Origin: Novakomyces olei
Taxonomy: Eukaryota
Assembly: GCA_016906335.1 (NCBI GenBank)
Contig: JADEYG010000005.1
Coordinates: forward strand, 310,001 to 374,000
Direction: 5' to 3'
DNA length: 64,000 nucleotides
Shown here piece after piece: positions 50,926-59,415 of this stretch (positions are counted from its first letter, which is position 1; every line of letters starts with the position of its first letter). Under the pieces are notes generated by a model. That model made no database searches and had not been told where the DNA came from. It worked only from the letters and a program-made list of their open reading frames with translations. Made by a program: the position numbers and the translations under genes.

Positions 50926-51412
50926 GAGCAGTGGGCGGCTGGTTTTACTGGTTCGATCTGATTTAATACGAGAAATTACGATTTAATACGAGAAATTATG
51001 AGATACGGTGCCGTGTAGAGTAGAGAATTTGCATGTAGACTGCCACTTGATCCTTGGATTCGGGGGGTTTGAACCGTTTTAAGCTCGAAAGCAATTTAAC
51101 CTTACGAGCAAAAAATAAAAATATAAGTTAAAAAGAAAAAGAGAAAAAATCAAGCCTTATCCTCGACATTAATAGTCTCATAAGGTCAAGGCATAGTCCT
51201 CTGTAACATAATCTGCCCAAAAGATCAACATAAATCCCATAGAGGGCTGAACGCTGCCCTCGTCTGCAATTAAACCCGTTTGTCTGCAACACTCGCTAGA
51301 GTTCCGACAGGAGCAGTGCCGACAGGAGCAGTGCCGACAGTTGCCTTCTACTACGTCATCGTATGCACCATTACGGGTAGAGCTAGAGTATAGCTCGCAG
51401 ATCATCAGTTAT

Positions 51413-51453
51413 CCCTAACCCTAACCCTAACCCTACCAATGCTAACCCTAACC
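51413..51453. repeat. Interstitial telomeric repeat (CCCTAA)n
   Basis: (CCCTAA)3 CCCTAC CAATG CTAACCCTAACC. Confidence 0.85.
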
Positions 51454-51576
51454 ACGATGAAAAAAGACAACTAGTTTAGTATCCCACGTTAGCTGCCCTT
51501 ATCTAATCAACCAATAATCGCACCAAATCCCAGTCAAATGCGGGGCGGCAGATACGGTGTGAAAAAGCGCGAGCAA

Positions 51577-52323
51577 ATGGCACCGATCCAAGTTGAAGCG
51601 TTCGTGTTTGATGTTTTCGGGACAGTCGTCGACTGGCGTGGAGGAGTGGCACGGGAGGCGGCAAAATTCCTGGCGCGGTACTCGCGAGGAATAGACGGCT
51701 TTACTCTGGCTGACGAGTGGAGAAGGAGGTACAAGCCGTCAATGGACGCTGTGAACAACGGGCAAAGGGCCTATGTGCCCTTGGACACTCTGCACTATGA
51801 AAACCTTGTAGCCCTGCTCCCTGATCTCGGCATTGACGTGTCCAGAGTGCCGGCCAATGATATAGCAGAGCTGAACCAAGCCTGGCACCGGCTTGATCCG
51901 TGGCCGGACTCAGTGCCGGGCCTGGCGAAGCTGAAGGAGTCGTACATTATTGCTCCGCTCTCCAACGGCAATATCCGGCTGATAATCGACATGGCAAAGT
52001 ATGGGGGTCTGCCATGGGACGCCGTTCTCGGTGCCGAGCTAGCGCAAACGTACAAGCCTGCGGCACAGGCATACTTGCGATCGGCTCAAGCTTTGATGCT
52101 AGAGCCGGATCAGATTTGCCTTGTTGCTGCTCACAATTCCGATCTGGCTGCGGCTAAAAGCCTCGGGTTTCGAACCGCGTTTGTTCCTCGGCCACAAGAG
52201 TTTGGCGGGGGACAGGTGCAGGACATTGAGCCTCAGCAGGATTGGGATATTATAGCAAAGGATCTGGAGGATCTTGCACAGCAGGTAGCGAAAACCGCAA
52301 GACAAGTGAGCGTAGACGCATGA
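51577..52323 (+). CDS. Haloacid dehalogenase type II (HAD superfamily), bacterial-like
   Basis: FDVFGTVVDW, AWHRLDPWPDS, APLSNGN, YKP, VAAHNSDL, RTAFVPRP. Intronless. ATG 51577 is preferred over 51538. Confidence 0.92.
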   Translation: MAPIQVEAFVFDVFGTVVDWRGGVAREAAKFLARYSRGIDGFTLADEWRRRYKPSMDAVNNGQRAYVPLDTLHYENLVALLPDLGIDVSRVPANDIAELNQAWHRLDPWPDSVPGLAKLKESYIIAPLSNGNIRLIIDMAKYGGLPWDAVLGAELAQTYKPAAQAYLRSAQALMLEPDQICLVAAHNSDLAAAKSLGFRTAFVPRPQEFGGGQVQDIEPQQDWDIIAKDLEDLAQQVAKTARQVSVDA

Positions 52324-52793
52324 ATATGTTAAATATAATAAATATATAAAAATAATTAAAAATAATTAAAAATATTCAATATATTAAATATAAATAAATG
52401 TAAATAAATTAAATTTAATTTAATTAAATCTAATTAAATAATTAAATCTAATTAAATCTAATTAATTAAATATAAATACCAGTCACATTTAATATTTACT
52501 CAGGTATGAGATAACTAGTTAGTAGCAGTAACCATGATTCGTTTTGAAACTCGTGGTATAAAATTCTTTTCTTTGACATAATAAATATAGATAAATAAAT
52601 AAATAAATAAATAAATAATTAATTAATTAATTAATTAAATAAACAAATAAACAAATACAAATAAAAGCAATTCTAGATTCTAGTCGTGGAAACTAAAGGC
52701 CACTAAATGCATCGAGTGTATAATTAAACAGCTATACAAGTAGCAAATGTTTACATGTGCCCACCGAGCATCAGCCCAGGGGTATGTACACAG

Positions 52794-55700
52794 TTAAATA
52801 AAGTAGTTGTGGGACGACATGCCAGCGAGATCGTCGAGCTGTTCGCGAGTAAAAGCCTTTTGGTCGAGGTGCCAGGTATCGCTGCGCAGCTTTCTAAACT
52901 TTTCCAGCTCCTGCCTCACTGTCCTCCTGATCGGGTGAGGGTCGTGAGAGCAGCTGGACAAGAGGGAAACGACGTGGGGCATCCAGGCTGGAGGAGCGTC
53001 GTAAGGACAGGAAGCCAAGACGGCAGCGAGTCCGAGCACTGACCCGTGTCTCCGTACAACGTCGGCCGCTGCCGAGTCAGCGTCAGACAAAGGCACATTC
53101 GCATTTGCTGGACAGCTGTCCATCTTGCCAGAGCGCTCAGTCGCTTCCAGTTCGTGGGCAAAAACGGCAATGTACTGCCTTATCAAACTGTCCCGGTCGA
53201 GCACAGAGCAGTGCAGGAGTGCCGTCATTCCGTCAGAGGCTGCGCTTCGTACTTCTGCCTGAGGATCAAAGAGCAGTTTTGTCATTGTGGCAAACAAGCG
53301 GTCACGCAGAGCTCCACGCAGCCAGTAAGCGTGGCCCCAGGCGAGCCTTATAATAACGGGGACCATATGGATCTTGTGGTGCCAAAACTGCCCTCCGTCA
53401 GCGATGCCCTGGACGACTCCGACAAACAGCTCCAGAGTCCCATAGCTGTGCTGCGAATTAGCGAGCCGGAACAACTGACCGGCTGCCTGCAGCCTCAGCT
53501 CTGGATCATCGTTCACGTCCAGCATAAAGAGCAGTTCAGTGAGGAGCCATTTGGCAGTGACGCTGTACACGACAGAGCCATCAAAGCCAGACGTTGCCTG
53601 CTGCAGAAAGGAGAGGAGCGTCTTGCACGTAGACGTGTAGGTTATATACAGCTCTGCCGAGTGCTCTTTTGTCTCGCGGCCGTTGGCAGTTTGTCTGCCA
53701 AAGGCGCAGAGGGTTTGTACGTACACAGCTGGCACCGTGTACCGTTCACTATACACGTTAGACACATTAGACGCGTTAGCGTCTGTAGACACGCTAGACA
53801 CATTAGACGCGTTAGCGTCTGTAGACACGTTAGAAACGTTAGACACGTTAGACACGTTAGACACGTTAGACACGTTAGACACGTTAGACACGTTAGACAC
53901 ATTAGCGTCTGTAGATTCAGTCATAGACACGTTAGACGCGTCTAACGTGTCAGACGCGTCAGACGCGTCTCTGGCAGAGGCAATAAAATCACCGGCCCGA
54001 GTGTACGGCGGCAGCGGCAGCGGCCCGAGCATCTCGGCGACAGTGTACCCAATCTCTGACCGCACTTTCTTGTAAGGGTTGTCTGCGTGTTTGACGAGAT
54101 GGTCGAGTGCTCTTTTGTCCAGAGAGCAGTGCCAATTGCAGGCGGAGAGCAGTTTACGGTGCAGAGCCAATCTCGCCGACTCGGCAAACGTTCTATCGGA
54201 CTCTGGATCCAACTGAGTGTGGGCAATTACGTCGTACAGCGGCCAGTGCCTTGCACAGTCTGTGCCCGTAAACACGTGGCGCACAAACGTCTTCCAGTAC
54301 GCAAAATTGTCTATATTCAGAGCAGATTGGAGGGCCGATTGTACTATAGGCACAATCAGCAAATGCATCTCGTCCCTCTCCCGCTGAGACGAATGGCTAA
54401 AGGCGGCAAATATACTACACAATACTTCTACGGCCGCTCGATGATGGAACTTTTCTGTGCTCGCGACACACAGCCGCTGCAGTTCTCGAGCTGCGTCGCT
54501 GAGAGAGACAGCTGCTCTGTTTACCTCTGACAACTGCCACACTCCCTTGAGGAAATTGATGACCTGGAACCTGACCCGTACTGCAGAGCCGCCTGTGTCG
54601 GCCAGCCGAGGCTCCTCTGACAGATAGCCCACCAGCCGCTCAAACCAGGAGCGGTCAAAGACGGCCGCCAGTACATGCAGATTCTCTGCCAGCTGGTCCT
54701 GGCGTAGATGGTTCTTTTCTTTGTCCTCTTTGTCCTCTTTGTCCTTTTCTTTATTGCCCTCTTTGTCCTTTTCTTTGTCCTTTTCTTTGTCCTCTTTGTC
54801 CTCTTCCTCTATGTCCATATCTTTATTGTCCTCTTCCTCTTTGTCCTCTTTGTCCTCTTTGTCCATATCTCTGCCCCCTCTGTCAGAAACTACCAACTGC
54901 TCGGGAAACACGAGCCAGCCGGCGGCATAAGAGTCCAGAAAGAACGGCCGGTCACGGCGCTGGAGCACGTCACGCACCTCTGCCTTTTGCAGGTGTGGAA
55001 AAACGTCAGTCGTAGTCCGCCTGTGCTGGTGGCTTTCCAGCACAGTTCCGCAAGCGACTCTCCCAATCTCCGGCACTTTAGTACAGACCCAGAGAAGGGG
55101 CAGAATCGTGGCCAGCATGGCAATCGAGAGCGACCGTGTGGCGGAATGGCTGTCCACCGTATACTCTGCCAGGGTTTTCAGGAGTGCATTGTCGGGACAG
55201 GTTTCCGCCAGGCTGATTGTCGTTACGCCAAAGGAGAGCATTATCACTACTATCCGCCAATGCTTTTGCCCTACACTGCTCGTGATGGAGGATAGAAAGC
55301 GGGCAGCCCCAACTTTGTTGTCCGCATCAGCCTCGGCAAACAGCCGAGCCAGATCGGCAACTCGGCCAGGCAAAGAAGAAGGAGCAGGCAGCTCTGGCAG
55401 GTAGCGGCCAGTGTAGCTCGTCCACCTGACCCGGAAGACGGGCCGAGTTGTCAGCTTTGCAAACAGCTGGTAGGCAAACTGCTTCAGGCTTGAGCCATCG
55501 TGGTTCAGGCCGAGCATTATCCTGTCAAACAGCCTCGATCTCAGCTTCCAGCTCCGTCCTGCTGCCTTTACAAGGATTGTGCTGGCATCAAACAGGTGCA
55601 GTGTCCCAGCAAGAATATGCTTCTCGCTACTGGCAGTGCCCAATAAAAGGCTCTCGCAGATCAGCGTCAGCGACGTCCGCACCCGTTTCACACAATTAAC

Positions 55701-58700
55701 AAGTCCAACTTGGGCTTCAGACCGGACAGCCGAGTAGTGGGAGGCATTGCACGCTAAAAGAGCCCTCAAAACCCGCTCATCCCTGTCCGACATGTCCCAA
55801 AGATGGGCAGATTTTTCGAGACGGTCCGTAAAGTACGTAAAGGCTCTCAGTGCCATCGTCGACCGTGGGTAGTTGCGTCTTATTCCGGGGACACGGAAAT
55901 GCTCAACGTCATTCTCATACAAATCACCGTCCTCCAGGGCATTAGTAGCGCTTGTTGCATTGGGTGTGAGCAGGAAGCAGTACAGACACGTCACCATTGC
56001 CTCCATACACTGAACCTCGTCGGAACAGTGGTCTTGCAGGAGGCTAAAGGTGGAGAGAAGGCAGTCCCCCACTCTGGCTCTGCAGGCTGCCAGTCGTGGA
56101 TCTGTCCCGTCTTCCCCATAACCCGTCCGCAATTGAAAGCTGTACATTTCAAGGGACAAGTAACGCTCGTCTATACCGCAGACACCCGTGCCTTGTAGAG
56201 ATTCTTGTAGAGAGTCTTTTGGAGATTCCGATTCTCGAGTGGCAGAGTCGTCTGGCTGACTGGTCGAGAGCAGTTTGGATACGCCATTGATACAGTTGGC
56301 CAAACGATTGAGAAGCAGTATCAGATCGGCACTCGACGTTTTGTCAAACTTGTACTCTGCCCGTACTACCGCCTCTCTAATTGCTTCAATTCGCTCTACG
56401 GAAACATTAGCTACTGTGGTGAAAATGTCGATTGCAAACTCAATCTCCTCATTGCAGGGGACGTGCCAGGCGATACACAAGCCGGCAAGATCACACGAGG
56501 ATCCCCAAGCACTGAGGAGCGCTGCTGCGTCCAGTGCTTCCATATCCTGTACCGTCCTTCTGTCACACGTGTAGTACTCTACGAGTCCGCACAGTGTACT
56601 GCAGACGAGATCGTTTGCCAGTCCTCCAGCATAGCCTTTCAGGCGCAGAAACATCAGGTCAAAGAGGCGTAAAAGCTTCTTCTTGTACGGCAGAATACTC
56701 GCTCCAGCGGCAGGCATTAGAGCCTTGAGGATCCTCAGCTGAGCTACCAAGTTCCGGTCTCGCGGGAGCACGTCTTTAGCCGTACTACGCCGATCACAGC
56801 CAGCATGAGACTCTCTGATTTCTTCTTCTATACTATCAATGCAAAAGGGCACTATTGCCGGCACGAATAGGTCCTTGTGGATCATACAGCAACTAGCCAC
56901 GGTTTCCACAAAGTTAACCGCCGACCAAGGCGGAGAGTCACGAATAAACTGTGCACAAGTCTCGATGGCAGACTCACACAGCTCTCCAGAGATGGACGAA
57001 AACATGTAGAGAAAAGTGCCTCGCACAAAGATGGTAGTCATACTGTTGGAATCCTCCGTTGAATTCTCGAAAAAACTAAACAGCCTGCCCAAACAAGCCG
57101 TAATAAAATCGTGAAAAGTAGCCGTTGAGGATTGTGTAATCTGATCAAGCGTGTAGCCGCCGTCTCCAAGGTCAGTATCCTGTTCTGCTGACCCGTATTC
57201 CGGACTCGATTGTGGCCCTGGTGCATCTACGGGAACAGTATAGTCGTCGTCAGAAGCGCATTGGTCCAGTGCTTGGATTTGCTCCTGTACCCATTCCGCT
57301 GCAATGTGCGAGGGCAGTGGTCCCGAGACGTCTTTGAACGGGACTAGCTGGAAGACGGTTTGAATAAACTCCAGAGAGGAATGAGTCTTGCCCACGTCGT
57401 TTGCATCAATGCCAGGCAAACACAGCTCTAGCAAGGCTGCAACGTGAGGCCTAAACTGCTTATGGCTGACAATAACCCGTACAAGGCTCTTTAAAAGCTC
57501 CATTGCAGCTGCTGTACGTCTTGTTTCCAGTAGCCCTTGCATCGCTGGATATATCCGTTTCAGAGCACCGGGGACCACCAAGTCTGGTTCAAGGTAGGCC
57601 GAAAAGGTGAGGCATTCAGCTGCATTTGCATAGACAATGGGAGACGAATCATAAATGCTTATAAAGGCAGAGTCTCGAAGGACACGGACCAACTGGATTT
57701 TAGTCGCTTTTGACAACTTTCTTGCCTCGGGTACTTGCAGCTCTCCATTCGCCTCCAGGTTCCATCTCATGGTTAAATGGCCGGCCAGACTGGAGAGAAA
57801 TTTGGCCAGAGTCCTCGTTGCCCGAGTTGAGTTTGACGGGTGAAGGTTTGTCTTCACCCCTATCAGAAAACGTTGCACGTATGAACATATATTCTCGAAA
57901 TCATCAGCAGCAGGATCTGGACCCAGGGAATACACGACAAACCGCGCATAACGATCTTCCACCCGAACCTCACTCTCTGTAATATCTGCACCGGCTCCCA
58001 AAATATGGCCCGCACCAATATCACTATCCGGCCTATACTGTCCCGTTACTGGCACCTCAAAGGCTCTCACAGCGGCAGACGCAATTTTTCTGCCTTGCTG
58101 CGGAGTAAAAACACCAAATGCCCCAAACGCATCAGCACCAGATCCATCCGCTAACGCGTCACGGGCAATCCGTGAAAATAGATCAATCATTGACAGGTCA
58201 ACCGAGATGGAATTTGTAATGTACGACCAGACCAAGAAAAGTGCGGGCAAATGCTCTTGCAGTGGCTGGCTATCCGGTGAAGGGCAAGTTGGAAAAAACA
58301 GGCATAGTAGTGATAGGCATTTAAAGGCGCCATTACAAGATCCATAGGGGTTAGCCAGATCAAAAAGTTCCAAGCATTCACTCAGTATTTGCTGCCGGTC
58401 ACAGGGATTAAAGTAGGGCCGTACTACTTTGACCAGCGCCACCAGCACCTCCTTCCAATCACTCCATCCAGCGGCAAAAGCAGGCGCAAACGGGGTCGTC
58501 AGCATACCCTTGAGCCTTTGAAAAACAGGCCGCCAATCTACGTCGAGATCATTCGGGGCAATAAAGAGTCCGTTGCTATTTGAAACAAAAAAGTTTAGCA
58601 GGTAGAGAAACGACCTGGCATCGCGTGAGTCTGGCGTGCATTGTACGACCTCATACAAGTTCAGAATCAAAGCCTTGCGAGTATGAAGCGCGAGAGGAAC

Positions 58701-58919
58701 TTTGAGCTTTACCAAAGTTTTTATATTCTTTACAGTCAGTCGGGCTCCAATCCAGTCACGCGCCTCTAGCAGAGTCCGCAGATCGCGTAGTAGCTCCGCT
58801 GTCTGGTCTCTGCCGACAGAATCATCCTCTAAAGCGTAAGGTAAGTGTTTTCGATAGTCAAAAAGCCGTGTTCGCGTCGCATAGCCCAATGCATTTGCTG
58901 GACGATCCAGCAGAGGCAT
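52794..58919 (-). CDS. BLM10: Proteasome activator Blm10/PA200
   Basis: About 2040-aa HEAT-like intronless ORF with LCLPGIDANDVGKT, RRHGSVLGLAA..PY..PAW, FRKLRSDTW and a C-terminal HbYX-type NYFI. First ATG at 58919. Confidence 0.9.
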   Translation of the reverse strand: MPLLDRPANALGYATRTRLFDYRKHLPYALEDDSVGRDQTAELLRDLRTLLEARDWIGARLTVKNIKTLVKLKVPLALHTRKALILNLYEVVQCTPDSRDARSFLYLLNFFVSNSNGLFIAPNDLDVDWRPVFQRLKGMLTTPFAPAFAAGWSDWKEVLVALVKVVRPYFNPCDRQQILSECLELFDLANPYGSCNGAFKCLSLLCLFFPTCPSPDSQPLQEHLPALFLVWSYITNSISVDLSMIDLFSRIARDALADGSGADAFGAFGVFTPQQGRKIASAAVRAFEVPVTGQYRPDSDIGAGHILGAGADITESEVRVEDRYARFVVYSLGPDPAADDFENICSYVQRFLIGVKTNLHPSNSTRATRTLAKFLSSLAGHLTMRWNLEANGELQVPEARKLSKATKIQLVRVLRDSAFISIYDSSPIVYANAAECLTFSAYLEPDLVVPGALKRIYPAMQGLLETRRTAAAMELLKSLVRVIVSHKQFRPHVAALLELCLPGIDANDVGKTHSSLEFIQTVFQLVPFKDVSGPLPSHIAAEWVQEQIQALDQCASDDDYTVPVDAPGPQSSPEYGSAEQDTDLGDGGYTLDQITQSSTATFHDFITACLGRLFSFFENSTEDSNSMTTIFVRGTFLYMFSSISGELCESAIETCAQFIRDSPPWSAVNFVETVASCCMIHKDLFVPAIVPFCIDSIEEEIRESHAGCDRRSTAKDVLPRDRNLVAQLRILKALMPAAGASILPYKKKLLRLFDLMFLRLKGYAGGLANDLVCSTLCGLVEYYTCDRRTVQDMEALDAAALLSAWGSSCDLAGLCIAWHVPCNEEIEFAIDIFTTVANVSVERIEAIREAVVRAEYKFDKTSSADLILLLNRLANCINGVSKLLSTSQPDDSATRESESPKDSLQESLQGTGVCGIDERYLSLEMYSFQLRTGYGEDGTDPRLAACRARVGDCLLSTFSLLQDHCSDEVQCMEAMVTCLYCFLLTPNATSATNALEDGDLYENDVEHFRVPGIRRNYPRSTMALRAFTYFTDRLEKSAHLWDMSDRDERVLRALLACNASHYSAVRSEAQVGLVNCVKRVRTSLTLICESLLLGTASSEKHILAGTLHLFDASTILVKAAGRSWKLRSRLFDRIMLGLNHDGSSLKQFAYQLFAKLTTRPVFRVRWTSYTGRYLPELPAPSSLPGRVADLARLFAEADADNKVGAARFLSSITSSVGQKHWRIVVIMLSFGVTTISLAETCPDNALLKTLAEYTVDSHSATRSLSIAMLATILPLLWVCTKVPEIGRVACGTVLESHQHRRTTTDVFPHLQKAEVRDVLQRRDRPFFLDSYAAGWLVFPEQLVVSDRGGRDMDKEDKEDKEEEDNKDMDIEEEDKEDKEKDKEKDKEGNKEKDKEDKEDKEKNHLRQDQLAENLHVLAAVFDRSWFERLVGYLSEEPRLADTGGSAVRVRFQVINFLKGVWQLSEVNRAAVSLSDAARELQRLCVASTEKFHHRAAVEVLCSIFAAFSHSSQRERDEMHLLIVPIVQSALQSALNIDNFAYWKTFVRHVFTGTDCARHWPLYDVIAHTQLDPESDRTFAESARLALHRKLLSACNWHCSLDKRALDHLVKHADNPYKKVRSEIGYTVAEMLGPLPLPPYTRAGDFIASARDASDASDTLDASNVSMTESTDANVSNVSNVSNVSNVSNVSNVSNVSNVSTDANASNVSSVSTDANASNVSNVYSERYTVPAVYVQTLCAFGRQTANGRETKEHSAELYITYTSTCKTLLSFLQQATSGFDGSVVYSVTAKWLLTELLFMLDVNDDPELRLQAAGQLFRLANSQHSYGTLELFVGVVQGIADGGQFWHHKIHMVPVIIRLAWGHAYWLRGALRDRLFATMTKLLFDPQAEVRSAASDGMTALLHCSVLDRDSLIRQYIAVFAHELEATERSGKMDSCPANANVPLSDADSAAADVVRRHGSVLGLAAVLASCPYDAPPAWMPHVVSLLSSCSHDPHPIRRTVRQELEKFRKLRSDTWHLDQKAFTREQLDDLAGMSSHNYFI
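53754..53968 (-). repeat. Coding 9-bp repeat (TCTAACGTG)n = (SNV)n inside BLM10
   Basis: Plus strand (GTTAGACAC)n plus duplicated STDANASNV blocks. Confidence 0.92.
54713..54863 (-). repeat. Coding K/E/D charged repeat (DKE)n inside BLM10
   Basis: TTTGTCCTC-type 9-bp units encoding DKEDKEE... Confidence 0.88.
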
Positions 58920-59415
58920 ATACTCGGATTCTGAGTGTCGTAAGGGACGTGCTTGTGCGCATAAGTATGCGCAAAGTCCGTTCGAGGGAGAGTACGTAGG
59001 CTGGCAGGACAGACTGGAAGGCAAATTTGTATACTATAGGTTTATAATAATAAAATAATTATAGTAATAAAATAATTAATTAAAATAATTAAAATAATTA
59101 AAATAATTAAAATAATTAAAATAATTAAAATAATAAATAATTATAATAATAAAATAATTATAGTGATAAAATAAAATAAAAGAATTATTACAATCATCAC
59201 CGATAAAATGTATAATTATAATATTAGTAATTTGTTTTACTCGTACCTCTAATGACGTACGCACGCCCGATCCAACCTTATCACACGTGTTATTTCTAAC
59301 GCGCCAATTTATATAGAGTCTGCAACACAATAGTATAGGGAAAATAAAACGTTATTCTGAGCATAAAAGACCACCATTATTGCCAGCTCAACACGTTGCA
59401 ATTGTGACAAGGAGA

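Noticed and set aside
51050-51110. tRNA gene on the minus strand (GGTTCAAACC B-box-like)
   Set aside because: No cloverleaf, acceptor stem or A box could be built.
52480-52487. Homol-D box CAGTCACA
   Set aside because: It lies between convergent genes, not in a promoter.
53046-53945. 299-aa plus-strand ORF
   Set aside because: Antisense shadow of BLM10 with no recognisable domain.
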